DNA of 64,000 nucleotides, taken from the NCBI GenBank assembly GCA_965199825.1, contig OZ241329.1:2272001-2336000 (forward strand), given 5' to 3'. This document shows positions 30,378-39,765 of this stretch, in pieces. The translations under genes and the position numbers were made by a program. Every line of letters starts with the position of its first letter. Positions within the stretch are counted from its first letter, which is position 1. The stretch is from Bdellovibrionales bacterium (GTDB taxonomy: Bacteria > Bdellovibrionota > Bdellovibrionia > Bdellovibrionales > UBA1609). The notes under the pieces are model-generated. The model was not told where the DNA came from. It worked only from the letters and a program-made list of their open reading frames with translations, and searched no databases.

Positions 30378-31650
30378 GCCGTGCCACGAGATCATGCCCA
30401 ATCCACATCACCGGTTTTTTGGGTTTAAAACCTTCGCACAGCATTACTTTTCCGCATGCTTCAAAAACAATTTCGCTTAAAACTGCGGTTAATAATTCTT
30501 TTTCAGAGCGATGGGCTTTGAGGATTTGGGTTGAGGCCTCGCGCATCAGTGCCATTTGTGCTGCACCATTGTGCTGCGGCCATTTTTCATACTGGCTCCA
30601 CTCCTCGGCAATTAAAGGATTCGAAAAATAATCAGAAGCAGTTTTCAAAACTTGGTCGAGATCAATGTCTTCCTTTAACAATGACTGACATTTTTGAAGC
30701 AACTCTTTGGTTTTTGGATGATTGGGAATTTCTTTTTTGAGTGCCCCCAAAAGCGGATAAAGCGCAACCTCGACACCTAAAAAAATACTGCTCGAATTGG
30801 TCAAAATTTCGGGAGCATTGTAAACGCTCGCGCTAATGCCTTTATGAAACATTTCGGTTGCGATTTTTTCAAGCTCAAGTTTGGCAAAACCTTGTAAATA
30901 AGGCGCGTAGGATTGCCAACGATAGCCTTCATTGATCAAGATTTCGGTTCCGTGATAGCCATAGGCCACATATGAAACTTGTTTACCTGATTGGCGCGCC
31001 CTTAATGGCTCGGAGAGTTCGATCAGTTGCCGAAAAGTTTGAGCGGTGACTTCCATAAAACTCAAATTACACAAACGTCCCAGAGGGGATTGCCAAAATT
31101 CTTCGCTCGATTGAAAGCGCTCACCAAACCCCTTAAACACCCGATTCATCGCGGGCATTATGATTTTGGCGCGGGGAACACCTCCGGCCATGGTGTGCAC
31201 GAAAAGGACATGACTTGATTTTGGAATGTGGCCTTCAAGCTCTTTTAAATATTTTTTTACACTGCTCGAAAATCTTTTTTGACCCACTTCGAAAGATTCC
31301 TGAACTTGATCAAAATCAAGTTGGGCTGACAGCCAATTGGAAAGCTTAGTGCCTTCAAGCTGCGAGGCGGGTGATTGATTTTTTTTTGAGAGTTCAAGAT
31401 CAAAACCGGCTTCAAGCGGAATGTTGATCAGTGGGCTTTGTTTTTGTTCAAGTTCTTGGTCATCTAAGGCTCTTAAATGATTTTCGGCATCTCGACGGCC
31501 CACGGTGCTGTAGATCACGGTCATGCCTTTTTTTTTGGCCGCATCGATCAAACCATTCACGTAGCCTCGCGAGAAGACCTCACCAAAGACAACCAGAACA
31601 TCCCCTGGGCCGTAATGACATTCCGATATCTCTCTTAAAGGTTCAAACAT
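30358..31650 (-). CDS. FabMG-like enoyl-ACP reductase family protein
   Basis: GDVLVVFGEVFSRGY, TVGRRD, HTMAGG, YVAYGYHGTE, WQSYAPYLQG and PEILTNSS resemble the FabMG family as I recall it. Start moved to ATG 31650 after a GGAGA SD. Confidence 0.65.
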   Translation of the reverse strand: MFEPLREISECHYGPGDVLVVFGEVFSRGYVNGLIDAAKKKGMTVIYSTVGRRDAENHLRALDDQELEQKQSPLINIPLEAGFDLELSKKNQSPASQLEGTKLSNWLSAQLDFDQVQESFEVGQKRFSSSVKKYLKELEGHIPKSSHVLFVHTMAGGVPRAKIIMPAMNRVFKGFGERFQSSEEFWQSPLGRLCNLSFMEVTAQTFRQLIELSEPLRARQSGKQVSYVAYGYHGTEILINEGYRWQSYAPYLQGFAKLELEKIATEMFHKGISASVYNAPEILTNSSSIFLGVEVALYPLLGALKKEIPNHPKTKELLQKCQSLLKEDIDLDQVLKTASDYFSNPLIAEEWSQYEKWPQHNGAAQMALMREASTQILKAHRSEKELLTAVLSEIVFEACGKVMLCEGFKPKKPVMWIGHDLVARLTAQDF

Positions 31651-31934
31651 AGAAGGGTCTCCAATTTTTTTAAAATCTTTGCATGGTCTCAATAAAAATA
31701 GGAATCGGATTTTAGCAAGGAGATCAAGCATGGTTTTCTTTTTGACACTCAAGGGGATTATTCAAAGGCTATTACAGGTTGTAATTGTTCTAAATTTAAC
31801 CCCGGATTCGGTTGAAACCGCCTGAAGCCCTTTTGATAAGAAAAAACCAACTGAAAATTTGTGAAGCTGCACCAATTTTGTTAATCCCAGTGCTTGTTTT
31901 GGAGGCCGTGAGGAGGGGATTGAAGAGTCCATTG

Positions 31935-31949
31935 TGGCACTGAGATTGC
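31935..31949 (+). promoter_or_regulatory. sigma54 (-24/-12) promoter of the barrel / giant-lipoprotein operon
   Basis: TGGCAC-TGAGA-TTGC is an exact match to TGGCAC-N5-TTGC, 54 nt before GTG 32004 (GGGAGA SD). Confidence 0.75.
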
Positions 31950-32003
31950 CATACCCTCATTGTGGCTTGAAATTGGGCACAAATAAGTTTTGGGAGACAT
32001 CGG

Positions 32004-33167
32004 GTGAGAGTATTTCAGCTTATCGTATTCAATTGTTTGATTTGGACGGGAGCCCAGAGTGTGGCTCAGGCTGAAGATTCGAGCAGTCGAATGCACCTAG
32101 AAAATTTAAAAGTTTCGACCCAAAAGCCCTACGAGCTATTGATGCTTTTTAAATCAGGATTGGCACAATACTCCAATGTGTCCGATGAAAAAACCGCAGG
32201 AAACCTCCGAGTGGAATCGTTGTTTCGGTATAAATTTATGGATGGTTTAAATTTTAAGGCCGATGTTCGTTTGGGTTTGCTTGCTCAAAGAAGTCAGCAA
32301 GATATTTCAACCGATGCTTTTGACGATGGCTTTCGAATGAAGCAAGCCTATTTTGAGTATGAGCCACTCAATAAAATAAAACTGATGGCCGGAGTGGTCA
32401 ATCAGGATAAACTCTTTTTGTCTATTCCGCTATTGCTGGACGATCGTGGATTTCCGGGGCTTGCGCAGTCTGCGACTTTTACAAACGGTGAAAATCAGCT
32501 GACCTTTTTTGCTTTTGAAGCGGTGCCCACTTCGCGTAGTCTCAATACCAATCGGATCGAAAAAGAAAAAACGCCGGTTTATTTGTCTCAAGGTCTTAAA
32601 GGGGAGTGGCATCTCCGCGAGGATCTGACGGTGACACCTTTTTTGATGCATTATAGCTTTCAAAATTTACCCTCAGTGGTGGCGAGCGAAGGATATTCTG
32701 AAGGCAATTCTTTGGCTTTTTGGACCACCGAATCCAATGCGGTATTTAAATATAATTTTAACGGTATTACCGCAGGATCAAATCTGAAATACCAATTTGC
32801 AAGCAAGTCTTCGGCTACTTTGGGCTACACGTACATACAAAATTTAAGTGCACCTCAGGCTTATAATTCGGGAGCTTTACTTTCAGGAGAACTCAATCTT
32901 CGTTATCAAGATATGGCATTTCGGCCCGCTCTGTTTTCGTTTTACAACGAGTCCGACACCTCACCCGCAGCTTACAATGATCTGCGCTTTGGTCATAACA
33001 ACCGCGAGGGTTATGGCGGCCAGATGAGAGTTGATTTTTTAAAATGGAAATTTTCGACAACCGCACGCTATATCGGTGCGGATGTGATCAACCAAACCGC
33101 AAATCACCAATCTCAAAGTGAATATTTTGAATTGGTTTTAGAAACGAATTATGCCGATATTCTTTAG
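32004..33167 (+). CDS. Putative porin-like outer-membrane beta-barrel
   Basis: Signal peptide ending AQA, MKQAYFEY and MAG strands, an aromatic-rich alternating pattern and a terminal strand YFELVLETNY. Confidence 0.7.
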   Translation: MRVFQLIVFNCLIWTGAQSVAQAEDSSSRMHLENLKVSTQKPYELLMLFKSGLAQYSNVSDEKTAGNLRVESLFRYKFMDGLNFKADVRLGLLAQRSQQDISTDAFDDGFRMKQAYFEYEPLNKIKLMAGVVNQDKLFLSIPLLLDDRGFPGLAQSATFTNGENQLTFFAFEAVPTSRSLNTNRIEKEKTPVYLSQGLKGEWHLREDLTVTPFLMHYSFQNLPSVVASEGYSEGNSLAFWTTESNAVFKYNFNGITAGSNLKYQFASKSSATLGYTYIQNLSAPQAYNSGALLSGELNLRYQDMAFRPALFSFYNESDTSPAAYNDLRFGHNNREGYGGQMRVDFLKWKFSTTARYIGADVINQTANHQSQSEYFELVLETNYADIL

Positions 33168-36100
33168 AGTTCGACATTTATTTATAGTTTTGGTTTTGAT
33201 CACGGGCTGTGTGCGTGGGCAAAAGCAAAATTCCGAATCCTCAATCAATGAGCAGTCGGCATCTGTGGCCGCAACCTTTTATTATGACCGTGCTATTGTT
33301 GGAGAATCTAAAAAGGGCGAGATGAGCTCATGGGAAACCCCGCTCACAAAAATCTACCGTTTTACCGCTTGCTTTAAAGACCGGACCACAAAAAGTGCCC
33401 TCCTCAATCAGCCTTTAGTGGTGAGCGATGAGCATGGACGAACTAAATCTCTTGTTGAAGCAAAGACCGATAATAGTGGATGCCTGTCTTGGAACGACAC
33501 CATCGCCTATAACTATTTTGCCGATAGCAAATACGTCGAGATTTTAAGAACCGTAAAGGGCAGCGGCGCGATCAATCGCGGTGAAGTACAGCTTAAAATT
33601 TGTGTGGATCCATGGGCAGAGCAAGATCAAATTCGTGATGAGGTTTTGGATTGCCAATTTTCAAAGCCACCCAAAGAATACGTCCTCGATACGTCTCACT
33701 CGGATGACGCCTTTTCGGGGCTACGTGCAGATAAAAATAGGCCAGCCGATGTTCAGTTGTGGCTCGATAATCCACGCCTGACGATGGATTCCTCAACACT
33801 TTCTGCGGATCGTGCAAGGCTCTCATCGATCATTCATTTTAAGCCTGGTTTTGTAAAACGACTTATCAACGGCGCACGCTCTGGGATTATTCCACTCCCC
33901 AAAGGGATAATCAAAATTACGCCTTTTTTAAAAACATCAGACAATGTCGATGGGGAACTCAATCATTTTAGTCAAGTCACTCCGGCAAACGAAACTCTTT
34001 TGCCAAGAGAATTTGCCAATGGTGATTTTGGTCAAGAGTTTTCATTTTCTCCAAAAAGTTTTGCCCAAATTTGTAACCAACAAATGGGTCTTCGGGTTGA
34101 GCCGATCAATGCCCCCATGGGCAATTTGCGATCAGCCGATTTTATTTTTCATGTTGGCGACTGTAGCCGATGGACGTTTACAGATGCCCTCCTACGTTTA
34201 GATGAAAATGTAAATCACGAGATGTCCAAAGCCTTTGATAATCCAAGTTATCGATCAACCGGAATTTTACCATCCTCTCTTTATTTTTTGGATGGTTGGG
34301 ATCAGCAGGCGATTCAGTCTTCAAACACTCCGACGCCAGAAAAAATCAACCCGCTGATGAATGGTGAAATTACCAATCGCCAATTTGTGTTTGAGCCCTT
34401 GTATTTGCGATTTGATAGTATCTCCCGGGGCGAAACTGCAACGAATCGCACCCTCGTTTTTACCGCAAGTACCTGTGTGCACAATGCGGTCAATCGGGGT
34501 CAGCGCCTGGGTAATTTTCATTTTGATGTTTATAAAATATCTTATGATCAAAAAGGCAATAAGACCGAAGAAAAATTAAATGATCGATTTAATGACGGAA
34601 AACCTTACGCTACCGATGACAGCAATGGCTGTGTGACGTGGAAGGATTCGATCAATCACGAGTACTATATCAAGGAACATTATTATCAGGCGGTTTATGA
34701 ACTGCGCCATGTGGGCAGTGATTATTCCCATTCTAAAGATGCCAAAGAGCGCCAACTCACAGCGGTGATCAACCCCTGGGATTATGGTTTTACCTTTGGC
34801 CGAGACATTTCCTATGCTGGGGGCAAATGGGCGGTAGAAGCCCAAGAGAGCTTAGTCAACGACAAGCCGGCCTCACGAATGGTGATTTACAATTTTAAAT
34901 ACGAAACCATTAATTTTCGCTACGAAATTGATGAGCATATGAATCTGACCGTTCAAAAAAACGTGCTGTTTCGTATTGAGCCCCAGGTGATTCGCATGCA
35001 CAGTATTGTGAGCGGACGACAACAAAGTCATGAGTCATTACGCAATGGATATTATCTTTTAAAAACGGCCTTGCAAAAATATTATGACGATCACGGAATT
35101 GTGCGCGAGTACCTTGATACTTTTCAAAAGATTGTTCAAGTCCAGGGTGGAGTGATTGTTGCTCCCACCAAATTCTCAATTGCTGATTTGCGGCTGATGC
35201 GTGTGCGTAACAATCTGCTGGTGGAGCTCCAACCGGTCAATGAGCATGCACTTTGTCGGTATAGCTTTGAGCATGATTCAAAAGAAAAAAAGGATTGGCC
35301 CAAAGACCGACTTGAAAAAGAAGTTCAGAGTGCCTGCGAAATTATTGATCTCACCAAACAATTTGTAATGCCTCCTGAGAGTGAACTTGACCAATATGTT
35401 CTTGCCCCCGAGCAAACGGGGCTTTCACCAAGAACATTTGTGGGGCCAGTGATACCTCAATCAAATTCGTTTAGTTCAAATATGTGGCCCACGGATAGCC
35501 TTGATGAATCCGACTGCACAAGCGAAGAGGTGTGTCGTGAGCTTACCCATGAGAGCCAAACTTGGCAGGAAGAAAAGCGCAAACTCAGTGACATGAGCTA
35601 TGATCCAAATCATCTTCTCCAGCGCCACAGTTACGTTGATTTTCAAAAATATTTTGAATCGGCCACAATGCGGCCATTGAAAGGGATGACGGTCACCTCG
35701 CTCATCAAAGATCAAAAACAGGGCTACAACGCTATTGTTCGAAAACAAGCCGATCTCGATGCCTCGGTGTATTCGGCAGCACAGAATTTGAATTCAGAGT
35801 ACATGCAGATCCTTCATCCCGAAACTGTGGCTCAGCGATTTGACGGGCTTCCGATTGAAAAAATAAATCGAGCCCTTCCTGTTACTGATATTTACCAAAA
35901 TTTTTTAAAGCAATTGAATGGGTTTATTATTGATGATGGCGAAAAGCATTTGGATACCAAATATTTTGGTGCACAGGCTCAATCCGATTACTATGTGGGT
36001 CGGAATCTTGATGAATTAAAACGTGAAACCATGGTTATGGGGCGGCAAGGTCGATTCGGGTTTGTGGCGGATGAAATTGTTCCGAATGTGAGCACCAAAG

Positions 36101-37674
36101 ATTTTTTGAGCTTTTTTGAAACCGGCAAAATGAATAAGACTTTGGCTTTAAGGCTTTGTGCCTATTGGTTTCATGATTTTTTTCCAAAACAATTAGGGCT
36201 CAATCAAAAGCAACTTTACCGAAGCGAAAAAGACTTGGCTAAAATCGATCTCGCCTGCAAACTCAATTATGATCAAGGCGCTGGCCTTTATCAAAATGGG
36301 GTTTTTGCGGTTGATCAGCGATTAAAAATCGACAAGATCGGCGATTACAATTTCGAAAAAGGCATGTCGGTGAATATAAATATTAACACCGACAAGCGAC
36401 GCCAAACCGCGCAGGATGTGAAGAGATCTTTTGCACTCAATGTGAAATTGCCAAAAAAATTACCGCTAAACACTCTTGCACTCTTAAGCGGGGCGCGTGT
36501 GGCATTGCCGACCACGGCTTTGACCACAATGATGAATGACGCCCTCGTATTTTTAAGTGTGCTGGATGGAAATTTTCAATTGAACCGCGGCGAAACCAAT
36601 GGAATTAGCCAGTCGCACTCCAGTGCGGTGACAACCACACTCGCGGTGCAAATGGCAAAATTCAACGTGACCTTAAGTCAATATGAACAGTGTCGTACCC
36701 TTTCGATTCGGCCTGAATTTTTACAAAAACAAATTCATTTTTTCGAGGCGATTTCACCATCAATCGAAGAAGATGTCGCAATCGATATGGCCACTCGCGG
36801 AATTCTGATTTGTACCGGTGAGCCGATTGTGGATCAACCTCGGACGGTGCGAGAGGTTTATTACTATGTCTCCCAAAATTTTAATGAGGGCGATATGATG
36901 GATACCGCAAATATTAAAACTCACCCTTGGTTATTGCAACTTCGCGGGAACCATGACTTTGCCAAGTTTATGAGCGTGTTGGTTGAAAAAGTGGATCTCT
37001 TTGACGTCAAACATTTGCGTGAACTCAAAACCCGGATTGAGGCCGAAAAAGTTGAGCATTCAAATATCATGGGAACTGACGATCGACACCATTTGGCCGA
37101 ACCCGAAGGCGAAATCCTTCAAGCGATGAAGAACACCAGAAATGAGCCTGCGCTAGATATGAATGTTCCGGTGGAGGCAAGAGCTTCAGGTCAGATGCTT
37201 CAGAGGTTTAAAGCTGGAATTGATCCTCGACAGCTCGACGAACGCCAAAAGGTGGTGCAACAAAGTGAGCAGGCGCGCCTTGAGTTTGACAAAGTGTTTG
37301 AGAGCTATAAACAAAATAACTATTTAAGTCTTGATAACTTTTCTAACAGTTCAAGCCGGAGCGGTGAAACTCTTGAACAGCAACGTCTGCGACTAAAGAG
37401 ATCAACCGATTATTCGGCACAAAATGCGATCAACTTCAATGCGGGATCAAAATCGGAAGCCGATCGACGCTGGTCTTCAACCGATCTTTCACCCTTTGGT
37501 GTTGATGTGAACAATATCTCCAACACTTTTTTAAATGGACTGAACCCAGAGGGATTTGACAAAGAAATGAAGGATTATCCAATTAAAAAATTGGGCGAGA
37601 TTTATGCGGGCACTCCGCCGTCGGTCTCGGGATTTATCACCATCACCGAAGACTCTCTGGATACCGGGCGATAA
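33151..37674 (+). CDS. Giant Cys-rich lipoprotein, paralog A (1507 aa, function unknown)
   Basis: Lipobox LITGC and 16 further Cys. The start overlaps the barrel gene by 17 nt. Colinear with 42074-46420. Confidence 0.85.
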   Translation: MPIFFRVRHLFIVLVLITGCVRGQKQNSESSINEQSASVAATFYYDRAIVGESKKGEMSSWETPLTKIYRFTACFKDRTTKSALLNQPLVVSDEHGRTKSLVEAKTDNSGCLSWNDTIAYNYFADSKYVEILRTVKGSGAINRGEVQLKICVDPWAEQDQIRDEVLDCQFSKPPKEYVLDTSHSDDAFSGLRADKNRPADVQLWLDNPRLTMDSSTLSADRARLSSIIHFKPGFVKRLINGARSGIIPLPKGIIKITPFLKTSDNVDGELNHFSQVTPANETLLPREFANGDFGQEFSFSPKSFAQICNQQMGLRVEPINAPMGNLRSADFIFHVGDCSRWTFTDALLRLDENVNHEMSKAFDNPSYRSTGILPSSLYFLDGWDQQAIQSSNTPTPEKINPLMNGEITNRQFVFEPLYLRFDSISRGETATNRTLVFTASTCVHNAVNRGQRLGNFHFDVYKISYDQKGNKTEEKLNDRFNDGKPYATDDSNGCVTWKDSINHEYYIKEHYYQAVYELRHVGSDYSHSKDAKERQLTAVINPWDYGFTFGRDISYAGGKWAVEAQESLVNDKPASRMVIYNFKYETINFRYEIDEHMNLTVQKNVLFRIEPQVIRMHSIVSGRQQSHESLRNGYYLLKTALQKYYDDHGIVREYLDTFQKIVQVQGGVIVAPTKFSIADLRLMRVRNNLLVELQPVNEHALCRYSFEHDSKEKKDWPKDRLEKEVQSACEIIDLTKQFVMPPESELDQYVLAPEQTGLSPRTFVGPVIPQSNSFSSNMWPTDSLDESDCTSEEVCRELTHESQTWQEEKRKLSDMSYDPNHLLQRHSYVDFQKYFESATMRPLKGMTVTSLIKDQKQGYNAIVRKQADLDASVYSAAQNLNSEYMQILHPETVAQRFDGLPIEKINRALPVTDIYQNFLKQLNGFIIDDGEKHLDTKYFGAQAQSDYYVGRNLDELKRETMVMGRQGRFGFVADEIVPNVSTKDFLSFFETGKMNKTLALRLCAYWFHDFFPKQLGLNQKQLYRSEKDLAKIDLACKLNYDQGAGLYQNGVFAVDQRLKIDKIGDYNFEKGMSVNININTDKRRQTAQDVKRSFALNVKLPKKLPLNTLALLSGARVALPTTALTTMMNDALVFLSVLDGNFQLNRGETNGISQSHSSAVTTTLAVQMAKFNVTLSQYEQCRTLSIRPEFLQKQIHFFEAISPSIEEDVAIDMATRGILICTGEPIVDQPRTVREVYYYVSQNFNEGDMMDTANIKTHPWLLQLRGNHDFAKFMSVLVEKVDLFDVKHLRELKTRIEAEKVEHSNIMGTDDRHHLAEPEGEILQAMKNTRNEPALDMNVPVEARASGQMLQRFKAGIDPRQLDERQKVVQQSEQARLEFDKVFESYKQNNYLSLDNFSNSSSRSGETLEQQRLRLKRSTDYSAQNAINFNAGSKSEADRRWSSTDLSPFGVDVNNISNTFLNGLNPEGFDKEMKDYPIKKLGEIYAGTPPSVSGFITITEDSLDTGR

Positions 37675-38806
37675 GCTCATCTACCAAAATTTTTGATGCG
37701 CCCGTTTTTTGTTCCACAATTGATTTAAGACTCTCTTTTGTTTTGTGCTCTTCAAAAATCCAGTGACCCAAATCTTGAGAATTATAAATCACTCTGACGT
37801 GATCTAGTTTTTCAAACTCGATCGCTTCGCGGTTGTTTTTATAATAAGGTCCAACCGCAACTGAGAGTCCAGCGGCCAGGGGCTCCATGACCGAGTGGAC
37901 AGTTTTTTTAAATGATCCACCCACAAATGCCAAATCGCCTTGCAGATAAAGTTCGGCCAAGATTCCAATCTGATCCACCAGAATAAACGGGCAATCGGTT
38001 TGGCCGTTTAATTCCGAATACAACACCGGCAAAACGTTTGATAACTTCTTGATCGACTCGATATGATCTGTGCTGGGTTCGTGAGGAACGAGCACAAGGG
38101 TGTAGTGCTCAAAGGGAAAAGATTCGAGGACTCTCTTTTCGTCTTCGGGCCATGTGGAGCCCGCAATAAAAAGGGGTCGCGGTCCTCTTAGCTCTTTAAT
38201 TTTATTTGGGTGTTGCAATCGAAAAAGGGCTTGATCATAACGAGTATCGCCAATGATTTTTACTTTTTGATTTAAACAAAGCATCTGAGCGTCTTGATCG
38301 TCGACACAAAAAATAAAATCAATTTTATTAAGTAAATAATTTTTAATTTTCGAAGGGCTCTGAGCTTGAGTCGCCGAAAATAAAATGATCGGAATTTTAA
38401 AGGCGTGAGTTTGAGTGAGCATTTCGGGCCAAAGATCTGTCCGTGCGATCAAACACAATTTGGGATTATAAAATTTTAAAAAATTATTCATTGGCCCTGG
38501 GAGATCAAAGGGGAGCGCAAGACTTAAATCAACCCCTTCGAATTTTTCGATATTCTTTGCGTAGGTGGGAGAAAAAAAGGTGACCAATATTTTTTGATTT
38601 GGAAACCTCGATTTTAATTCTCGAATCACCGGTTTGGCATATTCGAATTCACCACTGGCGGCATGAATCCAGATGGGTGATGGCGATAGGGGAATAAACC
38701 CTTTTTGTCGTAGTCTAAATCCCTCGGCAATTTTTTTGCTAAACACTCGTCCAATCAGAAATCCAAAGATCAGCAAAGGTGCGATTAGAATACGGTAGAG
38801 GATCAT
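37643..38806 (-). CDS. waaA: 3-deoxy-D-manno-octulosonic acid transferase
   Basis: IWIHAASGE, LPFD, GDTRYD, AGSTWPEDE, AFVGGSF and HSVMEP. Confidence 0.92.
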   Translation of the reverse strand: MILYRILIAPLLIFGFLIGRVFSKKIAEGFRLRQKGFIPLSPSPIWIHAASGEFEYAKPVIRELKSRFPNQKILVTFFSPTYAKNIEKFEGVDLSLALPFDLPGPMNNFLKFYNPKLCLIARTDLWPEMLTQTHAFKIPIILFSATQAQSPSKIKNYLLNKIDFIFCVDDQDAQMLCLNQKVKIIGDTRYDQALFRLQHPNKIKELRGPRPLFIAGSTWPEDEKRVLESFPFEHYTLVLVPHEPSTDHIESIKKLSNVLPVLYSELNGQTDCPFILVDQIGILAELYLQGDLAFVGGSFKKTVHSVMEPLAAGLSVAVGPYYKNNREAIEFEKLDHVRVIYNSQDLGHWIFEEHKTKESLKSIVEQKTGASKILVDELIARYPESLR

Positions 38807-39765
38807 GGCAATAATTCTTTGAGTTTGTTGATCACCATCTCAGGGCTGATATCGAGTAAACATTTTTTATAGGTCTGATTGTGGCAGGGCTTTTTGCCAT
38901 CCTTTGAACAGGGCTGGCAATCAAGACCGGCCTCAAAGAGTATGCTCGAAGTTCTGGTCGTATGCCCAAAGGCTGCAGCCCCACGAATTGCAATTGTGGG
39001 AATGGCCAACCAATCGGCAATGTGGGCGACACCTGTGTCATTGCTCACCACGCAGCTGCTGCCTAAAACGAGTTGTCCGGTTTCTTCCCAGTTGAGTCGT
39101 CCCGCAAAATTGATGACTCGTTCAGGATCAATGGTTACCAAGTCGTTTACAAATTGATCTTGTGGACCGCCGACCACCGCAAATTTTTTGTCTGCCAGTG
39201 TGGCAATCACTTTTCCGAAATACTCAATCGGCCACCGCTTGAGTTCGCTCGAGGCGGAGGGTGCAAGCACAATATAATTATTTTTTGGGGCGTCGAGTAG
39301 GGGCGGCGGAGGTAAACGAAGATCCTCCCATTTTCTTAACGGTCTTAAGAAAGAAATCATCGAGCGAAAGGGCTGCGGCACGGTAGGGCAGCCAAAATTA
39401 AAGAATAAGAATCTTTTGAAGCGATGTTTTTTTCGGCGAACGAAGGTATATCTGCCAAGCGGTCTAAAGAAGCGAAAAAAGAACATCAACACATGTGAGC
39501 GCACATTGTTGTGGGCATCATAAACAAGGGTCCAATCTTCTTTTGCAAGATCGCGAGCCTGTTTAATCAAACCTTTAAACCCAGTTTGTTTGTCAAAGGC
39601 CAGGATGCGATCAATTGCGGGCGAAAGTTTTAATAAGGGAGCCAAGTCCGATCGGGTCATAAATGAAATATGACAATCAGGATTTTTTAGTTTGATTGCA
39701 TCTGCAACCGGAAAGCACTGAACCACGTCGCCAAGACTCGTGAAGCGAATAATCAGAACCTTCAT
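38803..39765 (-). CDS. Glycosyltransferase family 9 (LPS heptosyltransferase-like)
   Basis: IRFTSLGDVV, KRWP, VSNDTGVAHIA and LDCQPC. Adjacent to waaA. Confidence 0.88.
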   Translation of the reverse strand: MKVLIIRFTSLGDVVQCFPVADAIKLKNPDCHISFMTRSDLAPLLKLSPAIDRILAFDKQTGFKGLIKQARDLAKEDWTLVYDAHNNVRSHVLMFFFRFFRPLGRYTFVRRKKHRFKRFLFFNFGCPTVPQPFRSMISFLRPLRKWEDLRLPPPPLLDAPKNNYIVLAPSASSELKRWPIEYFGKVIATLADKKFAVVGGPQDQFVNDLVTIDPERVINFAGRLNWEETGQLVLGSSCVVSNDTGVAHIADWLAIPTIAIRGAAAFGHTTRTSSILFEAGLDCQPCSKDGKKPCHNQTYKKCLLDISPEMVINKLKELLP

